This document shows, one piece after another, positions 31,173 through 42,269 of a stretch of 64,000 bases of DNA (within the stretch, counting starts at the first letter, position 1; each line of letters opens with the position of its first letter). The notes beneath the pieces were generated by a model, which was not told the DNA's origin, searched no databases, and saw nothing but the letters and a program-made list of their open reading frames with translations. The DNA comes from Pseudomonadota bacterium. GTDB taxonomy: Bacteria; Myxococcota_A; Polyangia; Palsa-1104; JAEUJZ01. The stretch covers positions 35-64,034 of the forward strand of contig DAOLIT010000012.1 in the NCBI GenBank assembly GCA_035328405.1, in the 5' to 3' direction. The translations under genes and the position numbers were made by a program.

Positions 31173-31546
31173 GGTGACGTGCCCTCGACCGCTTTCACAA
31201 CACGAACGGAGGCCGGCTGAGGCGGCAGCATTCGCAACCGTTCACGGGCTTGTCGCTCGACAAAAGCTGGGTCTTTTCGCGTCGCCAGTTCCAGCCGCAA
31301 TCGCTGGTTGTGTTCCTGAAGTGCTCTCGCGATTTTCTGTTGCAAAGACAGCTCGTACCCAATGCGAATGACTTCCGTCCGAGACCAGACGTACAGGACG
31401 CCAATAAACACGAGCGACGCAGTGATGAGCCCGACAAACAGCCCAAACGTGGGGCTGCGCCGGGGCCAAGTCGTGATTCGGTGAAGCCGCTCGCGAAACT
31501 TCCGCAACCGACTGGTTGTTTTTCGTGTTCTTCCTAGCGTGGCCAT
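31169..31546 (-). CDS. ftsL: Cell division protein FtsL
   Basis: Small bitopic protein (TM helix plus coiled coil), positioned between rsmH and ftsI. Its stop overlaps the ftsI ATG (ATGA). Confidence 0.7.
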   Translation of the reverse strand: MATLGRTRKTTSRLRKFRERLHRITTWPRRSPTFGLFVGLITASLVFIGVLYVWSRTEVIRIGYELSLQQKIARALQEHNQRLRLELATRKDPAFVERQARERLRMLPPQPASVRVVKAVEGTSP

Positions 31547-32535
31547 GCGTGTGTTTTGGCTGCGGTGTGTGCCGCTCGCTCTTCGAGCGTCCATGTGCGC
31601 GCCGCCCGAAGTCGAGCCGAACGCGCCCGAGGGTTGCGACGCACTTCCTCTACAGACGGTGTCAGCGCACCTTTGAAGAGTTCGACAAACGGTTTGTGTG
31701 CGTTGGCAAACCCCCTTTGGCTGTGGACTTGGGCGACGCGATCAGAAAACGCAAAGTGTTGTTTGACCAGCCGATCTTCTAACGAGTGAAAAGAGAGGAT
31801 GACCAGCCGACCTCCCGGTACCAACAGATCCGGGGCAGCCAGCAGCAAGGAGTGAATCTGCCGAAGCTCGTCGTTTACAAAAATGCGCAACGCCTGAAAG
31901 GTCCGCGTCGCGGGGTGTTTGTGCGGCTCTTTGTGGGGAACGACGCGAGCCACCAGATCGGCGATGTCTTGCGTGTCCCGCAACCGGTTTTCCGTCGCTG
32001 CATTCTTGAGAACGCGAGCAATCCTTGCACTGTGCCGCTCCTCTCCGTATTCGGCCAAGATCGCGGCGAGTTTCTGTTCATCAAGACGCACAATCGCCTC
32101 GAGAGCGGTTTCTCCGCAGCCACGATCCATGCGCATGTCGATTGGTCCACGCGCCTGAAAAGAAAAGCCTCGTTCCGCACGGTCCAGTTGCAAGGACGAC
32201 ACGCCCAGGTCCGCAACAATTCCATCGAGTGCCGGTATGCCTTCAGCGGCCAACTGTTGCGCCAAATCGCCAAATCGACCGTGCATCGCACGAAAGCGGG
32301 CCCCAAAAGACGAAAGACGCGCCGTCGCAAGTTGTAGGGCCGTTTCGTCGCGGTCAATCCCGAGCAAAAGACCGCTCTCGCCCAACTGCGCAACAATTTC
32401 AGCACTATGCCCACCAAGCCCGAGTGTCGCGTCGCAATAGGTTCCACCAGGCCTCACAGCCAAGAACCTCAACACGTCGGACACCATCACGGGTTGGTGG
32501 ATGCTCTGCCAAGAGTCCATGTGACGACCCGACAT
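31534..32535 (-). CDS. rsmH: 16S rRNA (cytosine1402-N4)-methyltransferase RsmH
   Basis: HQPVMVSDVL, DATLGLGGHS and downstream SAM-MTase motifs. The start is uncertain (ATG 32535, 32520 or 32562). Confidence 0.85.
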   Translation of the reverse strand: MSGRHMDSWQSIHQPVMVSDVLRFLAVRPGGTYCDATLGLGGHSAEIVAQLGESGLLLGIDRDETALQLATARLSSFGARFRAMHGRFGDLAQQLAAEGIPALDGIVADLGVSSLQLDRAERGFSFQARGPIDMRMDRGCGETALEAIVRLDEQKLAAILAEYGEERHSARIARVLKNAATENRLRDTQDIADLVARVVPHKEPHKHPATRTFQALRIFVNDELRQIHSLLLAAPDLLVPGGRLVILSFHSLEDRLVKQHFAFSDRVAQVHSQRGFANAHKPFVELFKGALTPSVEEVRRNPRARSARLRAARTWTLEERAAHTAAKTHAWPR

Positions 32536-32785
32536 CCCAGCAGTGGCCAAGTGTCCGGTCAAATTTTCGGCGCAGAATACGACCGAGAATGGACGAACAC
32601 ACCATGCCTATGAACTGCTGTTCACAATTTTGCGATAGCCGATGTGAGACACCGCGTCTCGCTTCGGAAAACCGACGCCTCACGCTGCACATCCGAGAAA
32701 GTTCTTTGGCACAATCACTGCTGAGCTGAAAAGCGTGCTAAATGTGTTCAGAGGGTTTAACACGACGAATCGTGGAGGGCCGCCG

Positions 32786-33703
32786 ATGCGCTCTATGCGT
32801 CCGCAAAAAAGTTTTTGGTCGTTCGTAACACCGTTGCTGGGTGCCGCTCTGTTGTGTTTGCAAGGTTGCACCGAGGACAACAAAACTCGCTTCTACACCT
32901 ACTGCGATGCGACAGGGTGCTACCAGTGCGATATCAAGGGTTGCACTCTGCTGGATGGTCGCCCGCCGGGGGTTTCATGCTCTTCGTCCAGCAATTGTTC
33001 GTCTGGACAGCCATGCAGCAAGAATGCCGACTGCGCTTCCGGGCAAGTCTGCAACACAGCTCGGCGCGTGTGTGAAGTGGACACGTCTGCTACCACGCCG
33101 AAAAGCTGTCGCATTCAGTCAGATTGCGGCGCTGGCAATGAGTGCAATAACGGCCAGTGCAAAACCGCGCCCGTGCCTCCAAACTCATGTGTCTTCAGTC
33201 GAGATTGCAGCGTCGGCGGTGCGTGCGTCGATGGGCTCTGCCAACGAGCGTGTACCTCCGATGCGGCTTGCGGAACCGGCCAAGTGTGCTTGCAAGACCG
33301 CTGTCAGCCCAAGCCCGTGGACAACACAGCCTGCGTGAGCAACGTACAATGTGGGACAGGAAAAGCGTGCATTGACAGCATTTGCCATCCGTCTTGCGCC
33401 AAGGATGCAGATTGTCAGGCACTCAACAAGAACGACCTTTGCGTGTCAGGTGTGTGCCGTCCCGATGCTCGCCGGTTGCCAGAGTGCAAAACGAACGCAG
33501 ATTGTGGTTCCGACAAAGAGTGCGTCAATGCACAGTGCCGAACTTTCTGCATGGCGAACAGCGACTGCGCGAGTTGCAGCGATGGAAAAGTGTGTAGCAC
33601 CGGCTATTGCATGACCGATCGCGAAGTGAATCCACAGTGCAAGCTGGCCGCCGACTGCAAGAGTGCAACTCTCCACTGCATCGACGGAGCCTGCGGACAG
33701 TAG
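32786..33703 (+). CDS. Myxococcus-type cysteine-rich repeat lipoprotein
   Basis: Lipobox LLCLQGC, followed by ~9 repeats of the pattern C..DC..G..C.....C. Confidence 0.75.
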   Translation: MRSMRPQKSFWSFVTPLLGAALLCLQGCTEDNKTRFYTYCDATGCYQCDIKGCTLLDGRPPGVSCSSSSNCSSGQPCSKNADCASGQVCNTARRVCEVDTSATTPKSCRIQSDCGAGNECNNGQCKTAPVPPNSCVFSRDCSVGGACVDGLCQRACTSDAACGTGQVCLQDRCQPKPVDNTACVSNVQCGTGKACIDSICHPSCAKDADCQALNKNDLCVSGVCRPDARRLPECKTNADCGSDKECVNAQCRTFCMANSDCASCSDGKVCSTGYCMTDREVNPQCKLAADCKSATLHCIDGACGQ

Positions 33704-33765
33704 GCCTGCATCTCCCGCCCCAGTTCTTTCCTCCCCTGTCGCTTCTTTTGTGCGCTCCGGCATTC

Positions 33766-34845
33766 TCAACTGCTTGCGTTGTCCGCAGAGTGCTGCGACG
33801 CGAGGAGACACAGCCGATACAGAAGCCGGGCTCCCACGATCGCGTCCCATTCCGCATTTCCCGAAACCTCGACGAGATCAAAACCGATGATCTGACGCCC
33901 GCTGTCTACAACCATGTCCAGTAGAAACACCGCCTCGTCCCAACTGAGTCCTCCTGGCACCGGCGTTCCCGTCTCGGGACACAGCGTGGGCTCCAAACCA
34001 TCAATGTCGAAGCTCACGTAGACCTGTTGAGGCAGCGTCTCGACAATATGCTGGCAGGTTCGCGCCCAAGGTTCGCCGTGAAACTGTCGCTTGCGGAGTC
34101 CCCGCATCGGAAAAAAGCTGACGCGATCGCCCGCTTCTCGAATCGTCTCTTCCTCTTCCTCGCAATAGTCGCGGATTCCGACCTGGACAAGTTTGCTGAC
34201 GTGAGGCAAGTGCAACACGTTTTCCATAATCGAAGCATGGGAATACTGAAATCCCTCGTATGCGCGGCGCAGGTCGGCATGCGCGTCGATGTGCAATACG
34301 CCGAACGTCTCAAAGCGCGTTGCGAGGGCACGAATCAGTCCGAGCGACACAGAATGATCGCCCCCCAAAATCCCAACCGTCTTGCTCAAAGAAAGATGCG
34401 CCTGCGCTTGCCTTTCAACCCAATCGTTCAATTCGCTCGACGCAGCATTCACTTCGCCTTGGTGCAAAATCAAGTCTGGGTCGTCCGCTGGAACCCCTTT
34501 TTCCAGTCGCTCCATGCAGGTTTGCGACAATCGCCGTACCTGAACATTGCGCTGCGCGATGTCGTCACTTGTGGGCAACATGAAAAACCCGGCTCGCCAT
34601 CCATCGGGCCACACCGGATCAAACAGATCCACCTGGACCGAAGCATCCAAAATGGCAAGCGGTGCCTTCGAGGTTCCAGTTCGATAAGATGCAGTAACTT
34701 CCCAAGGAACCGGAAGAACAACCACTCGGCTGTCCTCGTATTCAAACGGGAGCCCAAACAACCTTCCGTTCTTTTGGCCCACATCGCTTGGTCGAAACGT
34801 CTTGTTCGTGTCACTTTTGTTCATGTGAAACCGATTATCTGTCAC
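33766..34845 (-). CDS. Arginase-family ureohydrolase (agmatinase/formiminoglutamase-like)
   Basis: GGDHS, DAHADL and SFDIDGLEP metal-binding motifs. Confidence 0.75.
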   Translation of the reverse strand: MTDNRFHMNKSDTNKTFRPSDVGQKNGRLFGLPFEYEDSRVVVLPVPWEVTASYRTGTSKAPLAILDASVQVDLFDPVWPDGWRAGFFMLPTSDDIAQRNVQVRRLSQTCMERLEKGVPADDPDLILHQGEVNAASSELNDWVERQAQAHLSLSKTVGILGGDHSVSLGLIRALATRFETFGVLHIDAHADLRRAYEGFQYSHASIMENVLHLPHVSKLVQVGIRDYCEEEEETIREAGDRVSFFPMRGLRKRQFHGEPWARTCQHIVETLPQQVYVSFDIDGLEPTLCPETGTPVPGGLSWDEAVFLLDMVVDSGRQIIGFDLVEVSGNAEWDAIVGARLLYRLCLLASQHSADNASS

Positions 34846-35528
34846 GCGTGAAGGCGATTCCCAAAGATCGAGCGTCCCACCCGAACAATCGTCGCCCCCT
34901 CTTCGATGGCGATTTCATAGTCACCCGTCGTTCCCATAGACAACTCTGAAAGTCCCAAGCTTCGAGCCAGTTCACGAAGGCGGGCAAAGTGCCCTCGATT
35001 CTGTTCTAGAGACCTAGAAGTGTGCAAATCTGGTTGCGGTGGCATCGTCATCAAACCGACAAGCTCCAAACCCGGCAAACGCCGCACACCTTCAGCCAAC
35101 GCTGGCACATGCTCTACCGAAATGCCGCTTTTGCTGGTTTCCTCTGCGACATTGACTTCAATAAACACACGTAACGGTTTTCCTTCACGCTTGTTGGCAA
35201 GCATCTGCGCTGTTTCCAGTTCACACAAAGCGTGAAATGAATCAGCGTAGCGAGCCACATATTTAGCTTTATTTCGCTGAAGTGATCCAATCGCATGCCA
35301 TCGCAATCCTTCAAGATTTGAGAGACTTATCGCCTTATCACGTAATTCTTGGGCATAGTTTTCGCCAAAATCACGTTGGCCGGCCTCAAAAGCTTCGCGC
35401 AAAAGACTCACGGGCTGCAATTTCGAGACGGCGATGAGGGTGACATCACCCGGCAAGCGGCCCGTTCGCCTACAGGCAGCTTCGATATTGCGGTTTACCG
35501 TCTGTAAATTGTCAGCAAGTACACTCAC
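34842..35528 (-). CDS. yggS: YggS-family pyridoxal-phosphate homeostasis protein
   Basis: AVSKLQP, GENYAQEL and HAIGSLQRNK motifs. The ORF track extends to 35726, but that overlaps the upstream ABC gene. A GTG at 35528 with AGGA 5 nt upstream gives the typical ~228-aa size. Confidence 0.75.
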   Translation of the reverse strand: MSVLADNLQTVNRNIEAACRRTGRLPGDVTLIAVSKLQPVSLLREAFEAGQRDFGENYAQELRDKAISLSNLEGLRWHAIGSLQRNKAKYVARYADSFHALCELETAQMLANKREGKPLRVFIEVNVAEETSKSGISVEHVPALAEGVRRLPGLELVGLMTMPPQPDLHTSRSLEQNRGHFARLRELARSLGLSELSMGTTGDYEIAIEEGATIVRVGRSIFGNRLHA

Positions 35529-35559
35529 GCATTTCCTCGCACATCGAATCGAAAGAGGG

Positions 35560-36375
35560 TCAAAACCCAGGCGTTTCCATCGGTCCTTCCGCGCGTCCCT
35601 GAACAAACTGCCGAACAACGGGGTCATCGGAGCGGCGAAAATCCGTCGGTGAACCCTCGAGATGGACTTTGCCCTGGTACAAAAACGCGATTCGATCGGC
35701 CACCGAAAAAATGCTGGTGAGGTCATGCGACACCACCACCGAAGTGACGCCTTGCGAAGTGCTCAACTCACGAATCAGCTTGTCCACCCGACGCGCACTC
35801 ACGGGATCAAGGCCCGTTGTGGGCTCATCGAACAGCAGATATTTGGGCGACAACGTGAGGGCGCGAGCGATCGCGACTCGCTTTCGCATTCCGTCAGAGA
35901 GCGTCGCCGGTCTGTGTTCGGCAAACGACTCCATGTACACCTTTTGCAAAAATGACAGCGCCTCTGTCCGAGCCTGCGATTCAGAAAGACCTCGGTGTTT
36001 CCGCAGCGGCAACGCGACATTCTCGACCACCGTCATCGAATCAAACAGCGTCGAGCTTTGAAAAACCATCGCGCATTGCTTTCGCACCGGATACAGCTCG
36101 GGCTCGGAAAGCTGATCGACTCGCGTTCCGTCGAGCCAAATCTCGCCTCGATCGACGCGCAAAAGGCCAATCGCGAGTTTGATTGCGACGGATTTGCCGA
36201 CGCCAGACGCCCCGATCAAAAACAAGATCTCGCGGGCTTTCACGCACAAATTCAGGCCTCGCAAGACCTTCTGTCGGCCAAAGGACTTTTCGACGGAGAC
36301 AAATTCCAGCACTGCTATTTGCCGGCTTGGGCCTGCTGATAAACGTGAAGATAGGCTCGAGCCGACGCCGCCCAC
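35560..36375 (-). CDS. ABC transporter ATP-binding protein (MlaF/Ttg2A-like)
   Basis: Walker [12 protein letters not shown] signature [15 protein letters not shown], Walker [12 protein letters not shown]. The N-terminal ~20 codons overlap the glgA end, so the true start may be internal. Confidence 0.8.
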   Translation of the reverse strand: MGGVGSSLSSRLSAGPSRQIAVLEFVSVEKSFGRQKVLRGLNLCVKAREILFLIGASGVGKSVAIKLAIGLLRVDRGEIWLDGTRVDQLSEPELYPVRKQCAMVFQSSTLFDSMTVVENVALPLRKHRGLSESQARTEALSFLQKVYMESFAEHRPATLSDGMRKRVAIARALTLSPKYLLFDEPTTGLDPVSARRVDKLIRELSTSQGVTSVVVSHDLTSIFSVADRIAFLYQGKVHLEGSPTDFRRSDDPVVRQFVQGRAEGPMETPGF

Positions 36376-37826
36376 CCAAAATCGGCTTTCATGGCCCGTT
36401 TTTGCATCGCCAAAAAGCCTTGCTCGTCGCTGTGATACGCCGACATTGCACGTTTGGCCGCATTTCCGAGCGCCTGGACGGAGAACGGCTGAAAAACAAA
36501 ACCCGTTCCACTCCGCGAACGCGCATCGAAATCCACGACGGTATCAAACAGACCTCCGGTCGCTCGCACGATCGGAAGCGTGCCGTACCGCATGCTGTAA
36601 ATCTGATTCAAACCACACGGCTCAAACCGAGATGGCATCACGAAAAAATCACTGCCCGCCTCGATGCGGTGCGCCAAACCCTCATCGAACGCCAGCCGAA
36701 CAGCCAGGCGCGTCGGGAACCGCTCTGAAAGCATCCGCAGTTTCTGTTCAAAACCCGGTTCGCCCTGTCCCAGCAACACAAACTGCAAATCCGCACGATG
36801 AGACAGTTCTCCGTCAAGCCAGTCGATCAAAAGATCGATCCCTTTTTGGTCAGTCAAACGAGAAATGGTGCAAAACAGCGGCGTTCTCGGACGAACCGGC
36901 AAGGAAAGTTCACGTTGAAGATCCGCCTTGCACTGCGCTTTGCCGACCAATTCGGCAGCAAAGGCCTGCTCGGTCATGGCCTCTAGCTCCGTTGGTTGCT
37001 TGCCGTATCGCACGGGCAGTGCTCCATCGAGCCACGGGCTCCACCTGTCGTAATCAACACCGTTCAAAATCCCGACAAGCCGACCCGCCCGAGCACGCAT
37101 CACACCATCGAGGCCATAGCCAAATTCCGCTGTGCAAATCTCTTGCGCATACCGCGGGCTCACCGTCGTCAATCGGTCAGCGAGCTGAAGCCCTGCCTTG
37201 ATAAAGGAAGCCTGCCCGTAAAACTCGATTCCATCGGGCGTCAACAGTTCTTCTTCCAGGCCCACATTTCGCGCCTCATCGAGCGGAAACAAGCCTTGAA
37301 ACATCAGGTTGTGAACCGTGAACACCGTCGCCGGAGGCGTGTCCCAATCCGCCTGCTGCGCATAGTGAACCGCCAACCCAGCCTGCCAATCATGGGCGTG
37401 AATCACGTCGGGAAAAAGACCCAGTTCCCTCGACAAGGCAATCGCGGCCTTGGACAAAAGCGCAAACCGGAGTGCGTTGTCGGAATACCCTTGCGCCGGA
37501 TTGTTTGGCGGACCGTACACGCCGGGCCGATCTCCAAACAGCGGGTGCTCAATCAAATAGACGGTGACTTGAGGGCCCGGACCCGGAAGCCGCCCCTCCA
37601 ACAACCCAACCTCGAAAGGCGTGTTTCCAACCGACACCGCCAGCTTGCGAAGTCGCCTGGCCAAGCCGTGCCGCTGCGGATCAACCGAACCATAGCGGGC
37701 GGAAAGTACAGTGACACGCTCGGCACCCTGCTGAGCCAGCGCACGAGGAAGCGCCCATAGAACATCCCCCAGACCACCCGTTTTTGAAAACGGCGCGACC
37801 TCCGACGCCACATGCAAAACATTCAT
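36315..37826 (-). CDS. glgA: Glycogen synthase
   Basis: N-terminal KTGGLGDV motif and GT-B fold sequence throughout. Confidence 0.9.
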   Translation of the reverse strand: MNVLHVASEVAPFSKTGGLGDVLWALPRALAQQGAERVTVLSARYGSVDPQRHGLARRLRKLAVSVGNTPFEVGLLEGRLPGPGPQVTVYLIEHPLFGDRPGVYGPPNNPAQGYSDNALRFALLSKAAIALSRELGLFPDVIHAHDWQAGLAVHYAQQADWDTPPATVFTVHNLMFQGLFPLDEARNVGLEEELLTPDGIEFYGQASFIKAGLQLADRLTTVSPRYAQEICTAEFGYGLDGVMRARAGRLVGILNGVDYDRWSPWLDGALPVRYGKQPTELEAMTEQAFAAELVGKAQCKADLQRELSLPVRPRTPLFCTISRLTDQKGIDLLIDWLDGELSHRADLQFVLLGQGEPGFEQKLRMLSERFPTRLAVRLAFDEGLAHRIEAGSDFFVMPSRFEPCGLNQIYSMRYGTLPIVRATGGLFDTVVDFDARSRSGTGFVFQPFSVQALGNAAKRAMSAYHSDEQGFLAMQKRAMKADFGWAASARAYLHVYQQAQAGK

Positions 37827-37844
37827 CGGTCCATCCTGACGGCG

Positions 37845-38480
37845 CTACGCGCCTCGCAAACGAGCCAGAGCAGAGACAATGCCGCTTGGAGAAGCGCCAA
37901 GGCCCACGACGATCAGATCGTCTTCCGTAGTCAACTCGCGCACAGCCAACACTTCCGAAAGAGCGCCCACGAGCCGTTTCGCAAGTGAGCTGTTCTTGAG
38001 TTTCGGCACTTGCAGAAGATCCAGCACGAACTCATCACCCGACGCAGACAGAACAATGGATGGACGAAATGGCAGAAAAGCCAGCATGTCGCCAGGCTTG
38101 GTCAAGTCCATCATCATGAGCATCGCCGTCATCGGACTGTCTGAGGGCGGTTTGATTTGCAGTTCCCGAATCCGCACATGGATGCGCAGACTTTCCGCCG
38201 ACAGGGCGACCGTTTCAACGCTGGCGACCGCAGAAACAAAAACCGCCGTTCCCATGATCTGAAAAGTCGCGGAAAAACGAACGCCGGGCGGCACAGACAC
38301 GAGAGACAAATCGTCGGGGAGTTTGCCTTTTGCGAGCCTGCCACAAAGCCACGTCACAGCATCCATCGGGACACCGAAGCGAAGCTTCGTCGCATTGACC
38401 GCGCAACGCAAAAGGTAATCGGGCTTGGAAACCAAGTACGTGAGCGCCTGTTGGACCTCTTGTAGGGTGATCACTTGCAT
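37845..38480 (-). CDS. Hypothetical protein (211 aa)
   Basis: ORF between glgA and the propeller lipoprotein in the same orientation. No recognisable motif. Confidence 0.4.
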   Translation of the reverse strand: MQVITLQEVQQALTYLVSKPDYLLRCAVNATKLRFGVPMDAVTWLCGRLAKGKLPDDLSLVSVPPGVRFSATFQIMGTAVFVSAVASVETVALSAESLRIHVRIRELQIKPPSDSPMTAMLMMMDLTKPGDMLAFLPFRPSIVLSASGDEFVLDLLQVPKLKNSSLAKRLVGALSEVLAVRELTTEDDLIVVGLGASPSGIVSALARLRGA

Positions 38481-38604
38481 GCTCCGTAAGCTAGCCCAAC
38501 CAGGCCGCGCTTGTCACGACGGATATCGCAGAATTGATGCGGCTTTTGGCGCGGCTCTGCCCACAGCGCGGCGTCCAAAATCGACAGAGTCAAAAGGCGT
38601 TCGC

Positions 38605-40965
38605 TCAGTTGGCTTGCAACGGCTCAATGACCGAAATGCCTTTCTCGGTGAGCGCCCAAATTCGTCCCCGCACATCCACGCCCATGTTGAGGATTTTGTC
38701 GTCGAGCAAACCTGATCGCGTAGTGATTTGATGATGGCGTTTCTCGTCTACCATCTCGACCACCCCGCGATCAGTTCCGACCCAAATGCGTCCGTCTGGA
38801 TCGCGAGCGAGCGCGCTGGCCTTGGCGTTGAACGGAGGCTCCTTCGGGAAGCTCCACCGCGTTCCGTCCCAAACACCGATGCCACGACTGGTCGCGATCC
38901 AAATGTGGCCTCCAAAACCCTCAACCACGTCATGAATCAGTTCGGACTCGAGGCCATCATTTTCTGTAAAAACCTTCACGGTCTTGTTGTCAACCAGCCG
39001 AACCGCACCGGCACCCGACGCCAGCCACGCCTCCTGGGAACCTTTCCAAGCGATCGCGCTGACATCGGAAGGCACATTCACGCCCTGCGAAACACCGGGT
39101 TGGCTGCCGGTCGGACGCTGACGGTGATATACGACCCGACTGTCATCGACATAGACCTCCGCCGCGCCATAGGGACGGGCGTCCTGCTCTTTGTCTACAT
39201 ATCGCAGACCCACCCACAACTGACCCTTCGGAGAAAAACTGGCGAACGACAAATCGGGCACACCTGTCGGCACCTCCAACGGAGTCAACCCAACCGGTTG
39301 CCAATCGCCCTGCTTGCCCACACGCGAGATGCGTACTTCACGGCTGCTCGCTCCCCGATGGAGCGCGATCACTGCCCCCGTCGGGTCGCGAACGACTGCC
39401 AACACATGTGAGCCTTTCTCTGGGTCCACGCGCGTGACATCGAACGTCTGTCCGTCAAAACGCCACGCCTGAGTGCCGCCTGTCGCGACGTAGCAATCGT
39501 TGTTGTTGATACAGGCCACCGACAACCGTTCTGCCCCGGCAGTCAAGTCAAACAAACGCAACGGCGTCTGCTTGTTCTTCTGGATTTTCATCACCCCCAG
39601 AAATCGCGTCCCAACATAGAGCGAATCCGTATCCGCAGAAACAGCCGTAATCCCATCGGGAAGGCGGATGTCTACCGCTTCGGTATCGAAAATCGGAGCC
39701 ACCCCGCCAGACCCACCTGGACCTGCGGTCAGCCAAGGACGAACCGGTCGCCTTTCGGGGGTCGGACGCGACGCTGCTGCGTACCGATCGACTGTCGGCA
39801 CAACAAGCGCTCCTGTTTTTTTCGCGGGCTTGTCTTTCTTGCCGTCTTTCTTTGCGTCTTTTCCTTTGCCCGGCAGAGGCACAGCAGCAGGCGGCGCAGC
39901 AGCAGGCGGCGGTGCAGCAGCAGGCGGAGGAGCAGCAACCGGGGCCGCTTCTTTCACTAGCACGCTCGAAAGAGGTTGCGCCTTAGGAGAACCAAGCGAC
40001 GGACTCCCCGAAAAAGAGAACTTGAGGGGACCGCGAACCTCCGAGGCCGTAGCGACGCGCTTCATCGTCCAAACCGACTGCCCCGCTCCCAAGAAAAGTT
40101 CTGTACCGACGCGCTGCACCCACTCGATCACGTTGGTCGTATCAAGTTTGTACGACCAAAAACGGCTGCCGTCATAGAAAGCGATGCGTTGACCGCCGGG
40201 CCCCTCTCCAACCGCGAGCAATGCGCCACTGCTATCGGCGACCATTGCACGAACATTGTCGATGTCGTTGCCCTCACTCATCCCAAACGTCAAAAGATCA
40301 TTTTTGACGACGCGCAAAATGCCTTTCCCGCTCGTCCCAATCCACAGGCCGCTGCCGCCATCGTGCGTCATCGCAGTGACCGTCGTCCCCGCTGCATAGC
40401 GTTCCCATTGGCCCTGATGCAGACGAGCAAGGCCGTCGCTGCCACCCACCCAGACATTCTCTCCCTCGGGTGTAACGACGATGCCGGCCACCAAATCCCC
40501 GACTGGCGCCGTCGGATATTTCGTCCAACTTCCTCCAGCCAACCGTGCCACCCCTTTCGAGGTCGTCACCCACACACCGCCCCCGAAATCCAGCGCAATG
40601 CCTTCAATGCGATCCGAGGGAAGCCCATCGATCGTGGTCAAAACTGCCGGTGTGGGCGGCTCCGAAGTTGTGCTCCAACGGACAAGTCCACGAGGCGTAC
40701 CCATCCAAACCAAGCCCGCCCCAGCGGCCAAGGATCGAACCGGGCGCGAGTCCGAAAAGCTGCGTACCCGGACAGGCGCGCCGCTGCCGATTCCCGATGC
40801 CTGAGACGACACCGCAGGCTTCACGTCCGTCTTTGTGGACGGCCCGCAACCGGCTGGCGCAAGAGACGCCGCGAGAAGACCTGCGCCTCCGAACGTCAAC
40901 AGACGGCGAAAGTGCGTTTGCAACAGGGCGCGTGAGCCCCAAAAAGTCCGCTTGTTCGTACTCAT
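38605..40965 (-). CDS. Lipoprotein with two 'two-component regulator propeller'-type beta-propeller regions separated by an Ala/Pro/Lys-rich linker
   Basis: Lipobox LAPAGC. Recurrent G.LW.GT..G..R motifs. Linker AAPPPAAAPPPAAAPPAA...KKDGKKDKPAKK. Confidence 0.6.
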   Translation of the reverse strand: MSTNKRTFWGSRALLQTHFRRLLTFGGAGLLAASLAPAGCGPSTKTDVKPAVSSQASGIGSGAPVRVRSFSDSRPVRSLAAGAGLVWMGTPRGLVRWSTTSEPPTPAVLTTIDGLPSDRIEGIALDFGGGVWVTTSKGVARLAGGSWTKYPTAPVGDLVAGIVVTPEGENVWVGGSDGLARLHQGQWERYAAGTTVTAMTHDGGSGLWIGTSGKGILRVVKNDLLTFGMSEGNDIDNVRAMVADSSGALLAVGEGPGGQRIAFYDGSRFWSYKLDTTNVIEWVQRVGTELFLGAGQSVWTMKRVATASEVRGPLKFSFSGSPSLGSPKAQPLSSVLVKEAAPVAAPPPAAAPPPAAAPPAAVPLPGKGKDAKKDGKKDKPAKKTGALVVPTVDRYAAASRPTPERRPVRPWLTAGPGGSGGVAPIFDTEAVDIRLPDGITAVSADTDSLYVGTRFLGVMKIQKNKQTPLRLFDLTAGAERLSVACINNNDCYVATGGTQAWRFDGQTFDVTRVDPEKGSHVLAVVRDPTGAVIALHRGASSREVRISRVGKQGDWQPVGLTPLEVPTGVPDLSFASFSPKGQLWVGLRYVDKEQDARPYGAAEVYVDDSRVVYHRQRPTGSQPGVSQGVNVPSDVSAIAWKGSQEAWLASGAGAVRLVDNKTVKVFTENDGLESELIHDVVEGFGGHIWIATSRGIGVWDGTRWSFPKEPPFNAKASALARDPDGRIWVGTDRGVVEMVDEKRHHQITTRSGLLDDKILNMGVDVRGRIWALTEKGISVIEPLQAN

Positions 40966-41294
40966 TCGGTGTTCCTATCGTTGCCGCAGTGCCCAAGAGG
41001 CCGCAAAAGTGGCGATGCACGGTGAAGTCTGTCGAAAAGCAGCGGCTTGATAGGGCAACATGCCGGACTCGATAGGCGGGTGTCAAGACCGACGGCGGAA
41101 TTGTGACAAGCCGACCATTTCCGCGCGGCATCACGAAACTTGTCCCCGACCTCACATGACCGCGTCCTTTCGGATGTTCCCGGTGCGTTTCTAAAAGCAA
41201 AATGGGCGTAGGCCGACCAGCCGTTTCCGGTGCCTCAACAAGGTCGCCAAGTCACCAGGAAGCCAAAGGTAGCCACAAGTAGGAAAGGTGGGCG

Positions 41295-42269
41295 ATGTCG
41301 TTCCAAAGCACCGATCGCGCAACGACGCTGTACAGCATTTGGACGCTTGGCTTCGGACTGGTTGCGGTGCTTCTTTTTTGGAAAGAGACGAACCCACAAA
41401 CCGGGCTGACAGTCGGCTTTGTGGAAATGATGGCGCTCGGTTTTTCGTGGGTGCTCCTGCACCGTCAGCACAGTGTTGCGCTGATGTTCGAGCCACTGCG
41501 TCTTTCCTCGCTGGCACTCTTGTCCACTTTCGCGCTGCGCCACGCGGCGACGATGGGTCCATTTTCTTTGTCTGCGCTCTGGCTCGGGTTGACCTGGGCG
41601 TCTCTTTGCGCCTTTTCTCGCCTGCCCCTGACGCGCCGTGCGGTGCGCCTGGTTCCTTTCACCGAGCGAACCCCACGCCAAACAACCCTCGACAGAGCCT
41701 GCGCCGCAGCGATCTTTTTCGCGCTGACGCTGTACGCGCTTCAAAAACACAGAGCGAACTTGCTACAAGAAATGCTGTTCGGCTGTCACGTGACCGCCTG
41801 CCTGACTGCGATCGGCTTGTGTGCAAACCGTCGGCAGCTTGTCGGTCTGGGACTCGTCTTCGCGGTCGGTGTCGGAATCCCCATGTGGGTGTTCTATGTG
41901 GCGACGACCCGCGATACCAACTCGCTGTCCGTTTTTTTGCATCTTTTTCCTGCCGGCGCAGCGATATCCTATGTAAGACGATGTGGTTTGCCAAAGCGAG
42001 CGTGGTGTCGAGCCTGGTTCCTGTTTCTATTGCTGTTGCTCGCAAGCGCCTGTTTGACCGACCCGGCTCTCAATGTGAATTTGGCGCACAAGCCGTCTCC
42101 CGAATTGCTCTACTTGATTCCATCCCTGTGGGGTGCCCGATTCTACGGCGTGCTTCTTGTTGGTTCGCTCCTGTTTGCCGCGCAATTCGGTCTTTCCTGC
42201 CTGTTAGGACAGACCAGGCAACCTGTGGGTGCCCATGAGCAAGCCCACCAAATGCCCAGGAATACATAG
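41295..42269 (+). CDS. Polytopic membrane protein, hypothetical
   Basis: ~8 hydrophobic segments. AGGTGG 4 nt upstream of ATG 41295. Confidence 0.5.
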   Translation: MSFQSTDRATTLYSIWTLGFGLVAVLLFWKETNPQTGLTVGFVEMMALGFSWVLLHRQHSVALMFEPLRLSSLALLSTFALRHAATMGPFSLSALWLGLTWASLCAFSRLPLTRRAVRLVPFTERTPRQTTLDRACAAAIFFALTLYALQKHRANLLQEMLFGCHVTACLTAIGLCANRRQLVGLGLVFAVGVGIPMWVFYVATTRDTNSLSVFLHLFPAGAAISYVRRCGLPKRAWCRAWFLFLLLLLASACLTDPALNVNLAHKPSPELLYLIPSLWGARFYGVLLVGSLLFAAQFGLSCLLGQTRQPVGAHEQAHQMPRNT

